This document shows positions 1 through 10,349 of a stretch of DNA of 64,000 bases, piece after piece. Position 1 is the stretch's first letter. Each line of letters begins with the position of its first letter. The DNA lies in NCBI GenBank assembly GCA_964409035.1, contig CAYPBQ010000004.1, forward strand, positions 7,687 through 71,686, in the 5' to 3' direction. The stretch is from an uncultured Candidatus Saccharibacteria bacterium. Lineage in GTDB: Bacteria > Patescibacteriota > Minisyncoccia > Phycocordibacterales > UBA12088. A model generated the notes under the pieces. The model saw only the letters and a program-made list of their open reading frames with translations, did not search any database and was not told where the DNA came from. A program made the translations under genes and the position numbers.

Positions 1-1
1 T

Positions 2-853
2 GCAGGAGAAGATAGACATGTCACCGCAGGAGCAGATAGTGTGTTTAAAGGAGAGGGGATAGGAAGTGATGAAAAACCTCTCACCCAAGAGGCAGTGAGG
101 TGGCGATGGAACTTCGGTGATGGGGTGGTCACACACGGCAAACGAGTAACTCATACCTTTGCTTACCCTGGCACATACGTAGTTGAGCTATCAGTATCAA
201 ACGAAGCGATGTTTGAAAGTGTGAGTGATAGAGTGGTGATTACTGCACGTCCCGCGCTGGTAACCATAGTTGAGGCAAGTAATCAATATATAGAGCTCAA
301 AAATAGCGATACGGTTGAGCTTGATATTTCAAGGTGGTTACTCTCTGATGGGGCGCATGTGTTTAGTATTCCTGAGGGTACCTATATTCTTCCGGGTATG
401 TCGGTGCGCTTTGCTGGCTCCACTACCAATCTTCGTGGTGGAGGCAATACATCACTCTTGTATCCAAATACCATGTTGGCAACAACACTGACAAAACAAG
501 ATGCTGGTGCTGTTGCTCTGTCTTCCGCTCAAAATCAAGTGGTGCCCGACACCACACCAGAGCGTATTTCTGTACCGATACGCATAAACAAACCACTTTC
601 ACCTCAAGCGACACAAGAAGTAGTAAACAGTACACCGACTACACAACACGCTGATGCGATACTAGCAGTTGATCCGCTTGCTGCTGCTGCCGTTGCATCT
701 GCAAGTACTGAAAACACGTTGTATAAGTGGCTTCTTATGCTTAGTGCGGTTATTGCAATAGCAGGAGTGATATTGTTTATTCATGATGGACATAAAGACA
801 CTGACACACATATAGTCCAACAGGAGGCAGATACATACACCATAGTATCGTGA
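2..853 (+). CDS. PKD-domain / lamin-tail-domain surface protein with C-terminal TM anchor (5' partial)
   Basis: Frame is open to the window edge. PKD motif WNFGDG..HTFAYPGTYVVELSVSN, LTD-like YIELKNS..DISRWLLSDG, hydrophobic C-terminal helix. Confidence 0.75.
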   Translation, partial: AGEDRHVTAGADSVFKGEGIGSDEKPLTQEAVRWRWNFGDGVVTHGKRVTHTFAYPGTYVVELSVSNEAMFESVSDRVVITARPALVTIVEASNQYIELKNSDTVELDISRWLLSDGAHVFSIPEGTYILPGMSVRFAGSTTNLRGGGNTSLLYPNTMLATTLTKQDAGAVALSSAQNQVVPDTTPERISVPIRINKPLSPQATQEVVNSTPTTQHADAILAVDPLAAAAVASASTENTLYKWLLMLSAVIAIAGVILFIHDGHKDTDTHIVQQEADTYTIVS

Positions 854-864
854 TAAAAACCCAT

Positions 865-2076
865 ATGACCCAAAAAAGAAAAATTCTAATTTTCTCACTT
901 TCTTACTACCCGTATGTGGGTGGGGCAGAAGTCGCCGTCAAAGAAATTACTGACAGAGTAAGTGATATAGAATTTCATCTTATTACTGCGCGTCTTGATG
1001 GTAACCTTCCTAGGGACGAAGTAATGGGTAATGTGGTTGTGCACCGTGTGGGGTGGGGAAAGAAATCTCCAACTCTTGAGGAGCTATCTTCATTCCCTTG
1101 GTATGTCATCTCTAAACTTAGTTACCCCATGCTCTCTGCAATAGTTGGGTATCGTCTACATAAGAAATACCATTTTGATGGCGCATGGGTGATTATGGCA
1201 TATGCGGGATTTGGCCTTGCGATACTTGATATCTTTGGCGTTCGTATTCCGTACATGCTTACCCTTCAAGAAGGTGATCCTCTTGAAAAAATCACAGGGC
1301 GATCACTCGTAAAGCCATTTTTCCCACTGTTCAAAAGGATATTTAGTAGAGCAAGCAAGGTTCAGGCTATTTCTCGCTATCTTGGGGCATGGGCTACGCA
1401 CATGGGATACATGGGTGAAGTAGCGGTAATTCCCAATGCGGTGGACTCAGCACATTTTAGTAGCCACAGTGGTGAGGAAAGCTCTGTGTATAAACAGATG
1501 AAGGCTAAAAAGCGGCAGGGTGATATATGGCTCATCACCACGTCGAGGTTGGTATACAAAAATGCCGTTGATGATGTAATACGCGCGCTAACATTACTTC
1601 CATCACATGTGTCTTTTGCTGTGCTTGGGATTGGTCCTGATGACACTACGCTTCGGGCTCTCGTGAAAGAGCTCGGGCTACAGGAGAGAGTGCACTTTTT
1701 TGGATATGTTGATCATGCTGATTTGCCTGCTTGCTTATCGCTAGGAGATATTTTTATTCGCCCATCTCGGACAGAGGGAATGGGCAACTCATTTATTGAG
1801 GCAATGGCGAGAGGGCTTCCGGTTATTGCCACGCAGGAGGGCGGTATTGCGGACTTTTTATTTGATGCAAAAAGGAATCCTGATATGGCAGAAACTGGTT
1901 TTGCAGTGGATAAAGATTCTCCATCACAAATTGCCGATGCGGTACTTAGGATTCTTGGAGACCCTGAGGCGACACAACGCACAATAGGTAACGCCAAAAG
2001 TATGGTTAAAGAAAAATACACGTGGGATATTGTAGCGGAGAGTATAAAACAACTATTAACAGATATGTATAAATAA
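865..2076 (+). CDS. GT4 family glycosyltransferase
   Basis: YYPYVGGAE N-terminal motif; PSRTEGMGNSFIEAMA (E-x7-E) GT-B signature. Confidence 0.9.
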   Translation: MTQKRKILIFSLSYYPYVGGAEVAVKEITDRVSDIEFHLITARLDGNLPRDEVMGNVVVHRVGWGKKSPTLEELSSFPWYVISKLSYPMLSAIVGYRLHKKYHFDGAWVIMAYAGFGLAILDIFGVRIPYMLTLQEGDPLEKITGRSLVKPFFPLFKRIFSRASKVQAISRYLGAWATHMGYMGEVAVIPNAVDSAHFSSHSGEESSVYKQMKAKKRQGDIWLITTSRLVYKNAVDDVIRALTLLPSHVSFAVLGIGPDDTTLRALVKELGLQERVHFFGYVDHADLPACLSLGDIFIRPSRTEGMGNSFIEAMARGLPVIATQEGGIADFLFDAKRNPDMAETGFAVDKDSPSQIADAVLRILGDPEATQRTIGNAKSMVKEKYTWDIVAESIKQLLTDMYK

Positions 2077-2103
2077 AGGAATTTTGGGAGAAGAAGTGGT
2101 TAG

Positions 2104-2137
2104 CGCCAAGCGGCGGCCCGCTGGCCGCCGCTTGGCG
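2104..2137. repeat. GC-rich perfect inverted repeat (REP-like hairpin)
   Basis: CGCCAAGCGGCGGCC-cgct-GGCCGCCGCTTGGCG: 15-bp stem, no U-tract. Confidence 0.7.
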
Positions 2138-2180
2138 TGTATCTATGTTCACACATCGTGAGTTATGATTATATGTGACT

Positions 2181-3302
2181 ATGCGATTTCTCATTGCAAC
2201 GGGGCTGTATCCGCCTGAAATAGGCGGCCCAGCCACTCATACAGTGACATTGGAGCGATATCTGCCACAGATAGGCATCGCAGTGTCAGTACTTCCGTTT
2301 TCACTCGTGAGAAGACATGTTCGAGGTGTTAGGCATGTGCTCTATTTTTTTGCTTGTATTAGGGCATTAAAGGGTGTGAATCTTATGTACGCGCTCGATC
2401 CATTTTCTGTTGGATTACCTGCGCTGTTTGCATCTCGTATAAAGGGTATTCCATTTGTACTTCGAGTGGCGGGTGATTATGCGTGGGAGCAAGGTGTCGG
2501 CAGATTTGGGGTAGTAGATACACTAGATGTCTTTGCTAAAAAAACCTCCGGTTATGGTTTTTTTGTATCGATACTAAAGAAGGTGCAGTTATTTGTAGCT
2601 CGTCAAGCTGATATGGTGATTGTGCCAAGCAAGTACATGAAAACAATAGTAGAGGCGTGGGGAGTTGATGGTAAAAAAATCGAGGTGGTCTATACCAGCT
2701 TTGAACCCGAGCTAGCACTTGGCAATAGGCGCACTCTCAGGGGTTTGTTACGCTTTAAAGGAAAGATGATTATTTCTATTGGGCGGTTGGTTCCGTGGAA
2801 GGGATTTACCGCTCTTATAGAATTAGTACCTGAGCTAGTGAAGCGCTACACAGATATGCGTCTCTTTATAGTGGGGAATGGTCCGGATATGCCACTTCTT
2901 GAAAAGCGAATTAAGGAACTAGATATAGAAAAATATGTATCACTTGGTGGATCTCTAGACCATGAGATCATGCTTCGTTATATACAGGCGGCAGACATAT
3001 TTGTTCTTAATACAAATTATGAAGGATTCTCACACTTACTACTTGAGGTAATGAGTGTGGGGACACCTATCGTGACAACTAATGTAGGGGGTAATACCGA
3101 GCTAATTGAGCATGATAAAAATGGGCTCTTAGTAGGTTATAATAATAAGAAGCAACTCATGCGATCTATTGTAAGTGTGCTTGATTCGCCAGTGTTGCGA
3201 AAACGTATTACAGAAGGAGGGGTAAAGGAGCTTGGGCGATTTACCCATCAAAAAATGATTGAACGGTTGGTACCGCTTTTGCTCAGGATACTTAGGAATT
3301 AG
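2181..3302 (+). CDS. GT4 family glycosyltransferase
   Basis: YPPEIGGPAT, IGRLVPWKG, YEGFSHLLLEVM motifs. Confidence 0.9.
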   Translation: MRFLIATGLYPPEIGGPATHTVTLERYLPQIGIAVSVLPFSLVRRHVRGVRHVLYFFACIRALKGVNLMYALDPFSVGLPALFASRIKGIPFVLRVAGDYAWEQGVGRFGVVDTLDVFAKKTSGYGFFVSILKKVQLFVARQADMVIVPSKYMKTIVEAWGVDGKKIEVVYTSFEPELALGNRRTLRGLLRFKGKMIISIGRLVPWKGFTALIELVPELVKRYTDMRLFIVGNGPDMPLLEKRIKELDIEKYVSLGGSLDHEIMLRYIQAADIFVLNTNYEGFSHLLLEVMSVGTPIVTTNVGGNTELIEHDKNGLLVGYNNKKQLMRSIVSVLDSPVLRKRITEGGVKELGRFTHQKMIERLVPLLLRILRN

Positions 3303-3318
3303 TAATTTTCAACACACA

Positions 3319-4434
3319 ATGAAGGTACTCATGGTCTCAGGTGATAGGGCATACTTTGACGAAAAAAGCGCAGTACGCAAGCGGGCTGTTGCGTATGGGT
3401 CTGTGCTCACAGAGCTACACATAATTGTCACCACCACACAGTCGATGGGATTTTCACGTACAAAATTGGCAGATAACATTTGGCTCTATCCTACTAACTC
3501 TGCCTTCAGGGCTATTATGTGGCTCGATGCGATCTTTTTAGGAAGAGGTTTGCCGCCTACCGAACTAGTCACGTCACAAGACCCATTTGAACTTGGACTT
3601 GCATCATATGCAATTGCAAATGATCATTCTGCGCGATTGCAGCTACAAATTCATACGGATTTTATGAGTCCGCACTATAGAAAGCAGGGGGTGATACAGA
3701 GTATTCGTGTGCGCATTGCACGCTACCTTATCCCGAAAGCAGATTGCATCCGTGTGGTATCAGAGCGTATTCGTACATCACTCGCTGGTATGATGCTTCG
3801 AAAGGAACCACACGTACTCCCAATACACACTGATATAGGACATTTTCTTACTGATGAACCGTTATTTAAACTGCACACTAAGTACCCGCAATTTAATTTT
3901 ATCGTGGTTATGATGTCACGTATCACTAAGGAAAAGGATATTGGTACCGGCATGCGTGCATTCAAGATACTCCTTGAGAAAGATACTCGAGCGGGTTTGT
4001 GTATTGTTGGTGATGGTGAGGAGATGGGAGCGTTAAAGAAATTGGCGCACGAGCTTGGCATTGAAAATAATACGGTATTTGCAGGGTGGCAGCATGACAC
4101 TCTTTCGTATCTAAAGAGTGCAGATGTATTTCTTAACACCTCTTTGTATGAGGGGTACGCACTCACTCTCATTGAGGCAGCTGCTGCCAAGCGACCCATT
4201 GTTACCACTAATGTGGGTATTGCAGGCGAGCTGCTTATGAACCACCGTCACGCGCTTATTGCGCCCGTGGGAGATAGCAAAGAGCTAGGGTCACATCTTG
4301 TAGCGCTTATGTCGGATAATACACTCAGAGAGCGCCTTGCGGTCAATGCGCACGAGGAAGCAATGGCAAGCGCAAATATTTCTTTTGAAGAATACCTAGA
4401 AAGAATGAAAAATTCCTTCTCGTCATGTTTTTAG
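3319..4434 (+). CDS. GT4 family glycosyltransferase
   Basis: SRITKEK, TSLYEGYALTLIEAAA. Start moved to ATG 3319 (MKVLMVS). Confidence 0.9.
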   Translation: MKVLMVSGDRAYFDEKSAVRKRAVAYGSVLTELHIIVTTTQSMGFSRTKLADNIWLYPTNSAFRAIMWLDAIFLGRGLPPTELVTSQDPFELGLASYAIANDHSARLQLQIHTDFMSPHYRKQGVIQSIRVRIARYLIPKADCIRVVSERIRTSLAGMMLRKEPHVLPIHTDIGHFLTDEPLFKLHTKYPQFNFIVVMMSRITKEKDIGTGMRAFKILLEKDTRAGLCIVGDGEEMGALKKLAHELGIENNTVFAGWQHDTLSYLKSADVFLNTSLYEGYALTLIEAAAAKRPIVTTNVGIAGELLMNHRHALIAPVGDSKELGSHLVALMSDNTLRERLAVNAHEEAMASANISFEEYLERMKNSFSSCF

Positions 4435-4443
4435 CTCTTTCTC

Positions 4444-5487
4444 ATGAAGTTACTTATTTGCACGCAAAAGGTTGATAGCAATGATCCAGTCTTAGGTTTC
4501 TTTCATCGATGGATTGAGGAGTTTGCCACTAACTACGAAAAGGTCACCGTGGTGTGTCTTTATAAGGGTGAGTACTCACTTCCACAAAATGTGGAGGTAA
4601 TTTCTCTTGGCAAGGAACGAGGGGTGCCCAAAATTGAGTATCTGATACAGTTTTACCGCTCTATATTACTGTATAGAAAAGACTACACACATGTATTTGT
4701 GCATATGAATCCTGTGTATGTGGTACTGGGAGGAATAATGTGGCGACTCCTTGGAAAGAGAATTTCCCTTTGGTATACACATAAATCAGTCGATACAAAA
4801 CTTAGAATTGCAGAAAAATTGGTGCATCACATCTTTACCGCATCTGCAGAAAGTTTTAGATTGCCATCAAAAAAGGTGGTTATCACGGGACATGCTATTG
4901 ATGTAGGGGCATATGCATCGGTAGCACATGAGCAAAGTGCAAGACTTCGATTATCGGTTATTGGAAGAATCTCACCGGCAAAACGAATTGATGTATTTAT
5001 TAGGACAATTGCAGAGTTAAAGAAGAGGGGAGTCGATGTGGTCGGGACGATAGTGGGAGATGTTGGTACACCAGAGGATGCTCCATATCTTGGCGCAATG
5101 AAGCGTCTTTCGCAGGAACTTTCATGTAGTGAGAATGTGCAATTTGTTGGGGCAGTCTCTCATCAAAAGATTGTCCACTATCTAGAGCAGACTGATATAT
5201 TTTTACACACCAGCGAGACGGGAAGTATGGACAAGTCTGTGCTAGAGGCATTTGCTTGTGGAGTCACGGTGCTCTCCTCAAGTGAGGCGTTTGAAGATGT
5301 TTTGATGCCGTATGCGCTATCTCTTAAAGAGATGAGTCCATCTCATATTGCTCAAAAAGTAGAAGCAATAACGGTACTTCCAGAAGACAAGCGTGATAGT
5401 ATCAAAATATTCCTGCGAGAGTATGTTCAAAAGGAGCACGGCCTTAAGGCTACCATTAAAAAGATAGTGGTTACTATGGAATCATAG
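4444..5487 (+). CDS. GT4 family glycosyltransferase
   Basis: IGRISPAKRID, SETGSMDKSVLEAFACG. Confidence 0.88.
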   Translation: MKLLICTQKVDSNDPVLGFFHRWIEEFATNYEKVTVVCLYKGEYSLPQNVEVISLGKERGVPKIEYLIQFYRSILLYRKDYTHVFVHMNPVYVVLGGIMWRLLGKRISLWYTHKSVDTKLRIAEKLVHHIFTASAESFRLPSKKVVITGHAIDVGAYASVAHEQSARLRLSVIGRISPAKRIDVFIRTIAELKKRGVDVVGTIVGDVGTPEDAPYLGAMKRLSQELSCSENVQFVGAVSHQKIVHYLEQTDIFLHTSETGSMDKSVLEAFACGVTVLSSSEAFEDVLMPYALSLKEMSPSHIAQKVEAITVLPEDKRDSIKIFLREYVQKEHGLKATIKKIVVTMES

Positions 5488-5549
5488 ATTTTGTCTTTGT
5501 TGCGTATCTGTCTTTTCTTGCTAGGATTTGATATACACTGCTTCCGCAT

Positions 5550-7049
5550 ATGAATTCCGCTATTTCAACAATAGAGCGGTATGTAGAAAAAGCAACTAAC
5601 CACAGGCTTTTTTTTGTTTCTCTAGTAACAGTAGCTGGCTTAGCAAACCTCCTTCTGTGGATCTTTTCTGATGTTAAATTTCAAAATGATGATCAGTTCA
5701 TTCTGTATCGCTATATAGATAATCTGTTAGCCGGGGAGGGTTTCGTATATAACATTGGGGAAAAAGTACTAGGATCTACAACTCCATTGTTTACCATAGT
5801 GGTTGCAGCTGTTGCTTTTTTACTCCCATTTCTAAGTACGCCTACAGCACTCGCATTTTGCAACATTGCTTTCTTCTCATTTTCAGCGCCGTACTTTCAC
5901 CGTGTCTCAAGTCGTTTTCTATCGAAGGGATTTGCCGCCCTCGTGACATTTATATACATACTGCTTTTATCACGGACCGTGTTAGAGGGTATGGAGACAT
6001 CCCTCTTTCTCCTTCTGCTTTTTGCCGCGCTCTCGTACCTATATAGCGGCAAGCATGTACTTGTGAGTATTCTTATAGCGCTTCTCGTGCTCACTCGACC
6101 TGATGCCGGCATTATTGCCATCCTTATCGGTATTTTTTGGATTGCTACGCTCGGCATGCGGGAAACAGTGAGACTAACAACCATAAGCGTGAGTGTGTTT
6201 TTAGTGTGGGCAGTATTTGCGACTTGTTACTTCGGCTCATTCATTCCGCAGTCACTACTCACTAAACTCAACTCTGGAGATATTTATCAACTGCCGTGGT
6301 ATCAGGCAGCAAAGATACAAATAGCACACATCAGCAAACTTCTTTTGGGTAGGCTATTTGATTTTAATGCGACAATACTGAACATGGGATTTCATCTTAC
6401 TCCTATCGCGGGACTCATCGTGCTTGGTGCTTCACGGGTATCAAAAGTAATTGGCGGTTCGCTCATTGTGAGTATTCCGCTAAGTTACCTCCTGCTTTTC
6501 TCTCTATCTAACCCTATTATATTTCCTTGGTACTTATCGCAAACTGAGCCTTTTTGGATACTGCTTATAATGGTTGGTGTGGAGCGGCTACTTGCCTATA
6601 GCAGTAAGGTGTGGGTGAAGGTGGCTGTACTTTCTATTATAATTTTGGGTCCGCTCATGTTTTACCTTACAACAGCCTTCGGCTCCCACCCGCAACCAAA
6701 GGCAACGCTATTTGAGGTGGGGACATACCTCAAAGAACACATACGAGAGGGTGAGTCAGTGGGTATCGCGGATATTGGCATTGTGGGGTACATGACGGGA
6801 GCCTATGTTCACGACTTTATAGGGCTAGTATCCCCCTCGTCAGTGGCATTTTATCGACCTCAATCTTGTATACCAACTGATTCGTTTTATACGATACCGC
6901 CACTTCTTATCAATCATACAAACCCTGATTACGTAGTTGGGAGGAAAGACCAACTTGGAGCATGTTTTTATAACGGTGACGCCATCAACAAATACGCACT
7001 TGTATTTGTTGATACAAGCAGTATGGTAGAGGTGTGGCGTAAAAAATAA
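5550..7049 (+). CDS. GT-C fold membrane glycosyltransferase (arabinofuranosyltransferase-like)
   Basis: Multi-TM. First loop DDQFILYRYIDNLLAGEGFVYNIGEKVLGSTTPL, plus GMETSL and LTRPD motifs. Confidence 0.75.
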   Translation: MNSAISTIERYVEKATNHRLFFVSLVTVAGLANLLLWIFSDVKFQNDDQFILYRYIDNLLAGEGFVYNIGEKVLGSTTPLFTIVVAAVAFLLPFLSTPTALAFCNIAFFSFSAPYFHRVSSRFLSKGFAALVTFIYILLLSRTVLEGMETSLFLLLLFAALSYLYSGKHVLVSILIALLVLTRPDAGIIAILIGIFWIATLGMRETVRLTTISVSVFLVWAVFATCYFGSFIPQSLLTKLNSGDIYQLPWYQAAKIQIAHISKLLLGRLFDFNATILNMGFHLTPIAGLIVLGASRVSKVIGGSLIVSIPLSYLLLFSLSNPIIFPWYLSQTEPFWILLIMVGVERLLAYSSKVWVKVAVLSIIILGPLMFYLTTAFGSHPQPKATLFEVGTYLKEHIREGESVGIADIGIVGYMTGAYVHDFIGLVSPSSVAFYRPQSCIPTDSFYTIPPLLINHTNPDYVVGRKDQLGACFYNGDAINKYALVFVDTSSMVEVWRKK

Positions 7050-7050
7050 C

Positions 7051-7413
7051 ATGGCATACCTACTGCTTATCATTGCGTTCTCATTGAATGCCTTAGCGAA
7101 CATACTTCTCAAATCAGCTGCAAGCATTGGAATATTTGGTTCTGTACTTGTTCCTCATGTGTTTGTCGTGCAAAACTGGAAACTTATTCTTGGACTTTCG
7201 TTTTTTGCTCTTAATGTTGTTTTTTACTTTCTCGCACTTAGGTCGTTATCACTTTCCGTCGCGTATCCCGTTATGGTGGTAATGACCTTTGTACTCGTTA
7301 ACGCAGGCGCAGCATATTTTTTTGGCGAGCAGATACATACCATACAAATAATTGGCTATGCACTGATGGTACTCGGCATCGTTCTTGTCTTAGGCTCAGT
7401 CGCCCGAGTATGA
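7051..7413 (+). CDS. SMR/EamA family small transporter (ArnE/ArnF-like flippase)
   Basis: 120 aa, 4 TM, LSLSVAYP and FFGEQI motifs. Confidence 0.8.
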   Translation: MAYLLLIIAFSLNALANILLKSAASIGIFGSVLVPHVFVVQNWKLILGLSFFALNVVFYFLALRSLSLSVAYPVMVVMTFVLVNAGAAYFFGEQIHTIQIIGYALMVLGIVLVLGSVARV

Positions 7414-8696
7414 AGTACTTTAAGGACCTTGCCATCACCCCGCTTACTGGCGCGCAGGTGATTCTTGATATCGATGGAACGCTCCTTCGAGATGGGGATA
7501 CTAGGGTTGGTAAAGATGAAGAAATACAACTGCGCAAGCTTTCGCAAATTGCGGACGTTTATCTTTTTTCAAATGGCGCAAGAGATAGATCGGCAATGCT
7601 CGCCAAGGAGTATGGTGTTTCTTATATCGATTCAATTAGAAAGAAGCCAAATAAGAAAGTCGCGACGAGCTTGCCATTTAGTCAAAAACGAGTGGTTATA
7701 GGTGATAAAGTACTCACGGATGGATTTTTCGCTCTTTTTACAGGAAGTTCATTTATACAGGTTGAACGTCTCACACAAACTAATCAAGCGCTCTTTACGC
7801 ATTTCGTTGATACGCTTGATAATCTCTTGTCGCCAATCATCCGGCCACTAATGCCACTACTTCATTACATCAGAATGCTTCGACCAGAGCAGTGGATTAA
7901 AAATTTACTCGTCTTCGCTCCTTTGTTCTTTGCGGGTGAGCTCTTTGATGTTGGTCTGCTTGGTAACGCAAGTATGGCCTTTATTGTGTTTTGTCTCGTA
8001 TCGAGTGCGGTATATATCATAAACGACGTTGTCGATACGGAAACAGACGCAAAGCATCCAATAAAGAGATTTAGGTCGCTACCGTCTGGGTCTGTGTCTG
8101 TTTTTGGCGCGCTAGCCTTTGCTGGTGTATTGCTGCTCTTCGCCTTTGCTGTTCTTTCATCCATTACGGCACTCATCCCGTACCTTACTTTTTACTTTCT
8201 GGCGAATGGCATCTATTCGCTCTTTTTAAAACATGTCGCGGTACTCGATATTGTCATTGTCGCGTCATTTTACGTGCTTAGAGTCTTAGTGGGAGGTGTC
8301 TCGACTAGTGTGTTTGTTTCTCTGTGGCTGCTCCTCGCGACGTTTTTTCTGGCACTATTTTTAGTAACTGGGAAGAGACGGGCAGAATTGCTTCATGCGC
8401 ATAAGCGAAAAGTACTTGAAGGCTATGCAAAAGAAACACTCGACTACTTTCTTATCAGCGCTGCACTGCTTTCAATTGTTACCTACAGCACGTGGGTGAT
8501 TCTTACCCATCCATCAATCATTGCAGTGGTAAGTGTCATGGTCGCTGTTGCAGCAATCTTTAGGGCTATCAATGTTCTGTTTCTGCATCCGAGTGAAGGA
8601 GAAAGTCCAGAAACTATTTTTCTTAAAGACAGATGGCTCTTTGTGTGTGCTTTGGCGTGGGGACTACTTATGGTCATGACATTTTACGGTGTATAG
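7410..8696 (+). CDS. HAD-IIIA (YqeG-like) phosphatase fused to UbiA-family polyprenyl-phosphate phosphoribosyltransferase
   Basis: N-terminal ILDIDGTL, KP, VIGDKVLTDG. C-terminal RPEQWIKNLLVFAP and YIINDVVDTETDAKHPIKRFRSLPSG. Confidence 0.85.
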   Translation: MKYFKDLAITPLTGAQVILDIDGTLLRDGDTRVGKDEEIQLRKLSQIADVYLFSNGARDRSAMLAKEYGVSYIDSIRKKPNKKVATSLPFSQKRVVIGDKVLTDGFFALFTGSSFIQVERLTQTNQALFTHFVDTLDNLLSPIIRPLMPLLHYIRMLRPEQWIKNLLVFAPLFFAGELFDVGLLGNASMAFIVFCLVSSAVYIINDVVDTETDAKHPIKRFRSLPSGSVSVFGALAFAGVLLLFAFAVLSSITALIPYLTFYFLANGIYSLFLKHVAVLDIVIVASFYVLRVLVGGVSTSVFVSLWLLLATFFLALFLVTGKRRAELLHAHKRKVLEGYAKETLDYFLISAALLSIVTYSTWVILTHPSIIAVVSVMVAVAAIFRAINVLFLHPSEGESPETIFLKDRWLFVCALAWGLLMVMTFYGV

Positions 8697-8717
8697 AAAC
8701 GTGGGTGTATAAGCAAT

Positions 8718-8747
8718 TGTCGGCGCCCTCTCAGGAGGGCGCCGACA
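8718..8747. repeat. GC-rich perfect inverted repeat (REP-like hairpin)
   Basis: TGTCGGCGCCCTC-tcag-GAGGGCGCCGACA: 13-bp stem, no U-tract. Confidence 0.7.
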
Positions 8748-8923
8748 GACTGGAGGGGAGACTACTTGCCGAGAATCCGACACAGTATCTCCCACAAATA
8801 ATAATACCTTTTGAGGAGCTGGGGTGGGGGTACAACTGCTGGATATAAAACACGCAACATTAATCATGTCAATGGTAATTTTTTGTTTATTTAGCATCAA
8901 AAAACATGGTACACTCGTAACAC

Positions 8924-10345
8924 ATGAGGTTTTTTATAACTGGAGGGTCTGGTTTCCTCGGCATCAATCTTGTTAGGTACCTTCTCAAAAGAGGGCATGT
9001 TGTTACGTCATACGACCTTGTTGCGTTTGATTATCCTGAAAAGGACGCCATAGTGTGGCACAAGGCTGACATTCGTGACTACCCAACCCTCGTTGAGGCT
9101 ATGAAGGGGAGCGACGTTGTCGTGCACTGCGCGGCTGCGCTCCCCTTGTACTCACCTGAAGATATACGAAGTACTGACATAATGGGTACTGATAACGTGG
9201 TAAAGGCAGCAAAGAGTAATGGTATCAAAAGAGTTATTCATATTTCTTCTACGGCGGTGTATGGTATACCCGATCATCATCCGCTCTACGAAACGGATAA
9301 GCTTGACGGTGTAGGGGAGTACGGTAAGGCAAAAATTGCTGCTGAGGAAATTTGTCTTGGGTATAGAAAAGAGGGAATGATCGTCCCCATATTGCGACCA
9401 AAATCATTTGTTGGACCTGAGCGCCTTGGGGTTTTTGCGCTCTTTTATGATTGGGCACTTTCTGGCGCGTGCTTTCCACTTATGGGTTCAGGGAAAAATA
9501 GATACCAACTACTTGATGTTGAGGATCTCTGTGACGTGATTTATATGTGCGCGATAAAAGATGACACAGTGGTGAATGATACTTTTAATATAGGCGCGAA
9601 AGTGTTCGGTACGATGAAAGAAGACTATCAGGCTGTGCTCGACGAGGCTGGATTTGGAAAATATGTAATTGGGATACCCGCATATCCAATGTTGGTTGCG
9701 TTGCGCATACTCGAGCGGTTACAACTCTCACCGCTCTACAAGTGGGTTTACGAAACCGCATTTAAAGACAGTTTTGTTTCTATTGAGAAAGCTGAGCAAC
9801 AACTTGGCTATACGCCAAAGTTTTCAAATAAAGATGCGTTGATTAAAAATTTCAGATGGTACAAAAACAATCTTGATTCATTTAGAGGAGAGAGTGGTAT
9901 ATCGCACCGAGTCCCATGGAAGCAAGGAGTACTCGCATACTTAAAGCCGCTATTTAGTGATCCCTACCGTGTTCTTAAATACCTCACAACAGGAGGTATT
10001 GGTGCAATTACCAACCTTGGCATTACGTATCTATGTGTGGATGTATTTGATTTCGTTGTCCTTTTGGGATCATCAATCGGCCTTGGTGTTTCTATGGTCA
10101 TTGGATTTCTTCTTCAAAAGTTTTGGACGTTCTCAGAATCAACCCTTTCACGCCTCCATACGCAGTTTGGTATGTACCTAAGTGTTTCCTTTGTTGGTCT
10201 TTTATTCAACGGCTTTTTGGTGTACTTCCTTGTCTCTATGCATGTCCACTACCTCATCGCGCAAACCGTAAGCATCGCCGCAGTAGCATTATTGAGCTTT
10301 TTTGTGTATCGTTCTATCATATTTACTTTCAAGAAGAGAGACTAG
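8924..10345 (+). CDS. NAD-dependent epimerase/dehydratase fused to C-terminal GtrA-family flippase domain
   Basis: TGGSGFLG and YGKAK SDR motifs. The last ~125 aa are four TMs with a GtrA-like FLLQKFWTF. Confidence 0.85.
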   Translation: MRFFITGGSGFLGINLVRYLLKRGHVVTSYDLVAFDYPEKDAIVWHKADIRDYPTLVEAMKGSDVVVHCAAALPLYSPEDIRSTDIMGTDNVVKAAKSNGIKRVIHISSTAVYGIPDHHPLYETDKLDGVGEYGKAKIAAEEICLGYRKEGMIVPILRPKSFVGPERLGVFALFYDWALSGACFPLMGSGKNRYQLLDVEDLCDVIYMCAIKDDTVVNDTFNIGAKVFGTMKEDYQAVLDEAGFGKYVIGIPAYPMLVALRILERLQLSPLYKWVYETAFKDSFVSIEKAEQQLGYTPKFSNKDALIKNFRWYKNNLDSFRGESGISHRVPWKQGVLAYLKPLFSDPYRVLKYLTTGGIGAITNLGITYLCVDVFDFVVLLGSSIGLGVSMVIGFLLQKFWTFSESTLSRLHTQFGMYLSVSFVGLLFNGFLVYFLVSMHVHYLIAQTVSIAAVALLSFFVYRSIIFTFKKRD

Positions 10346-10349
10346 TGAT

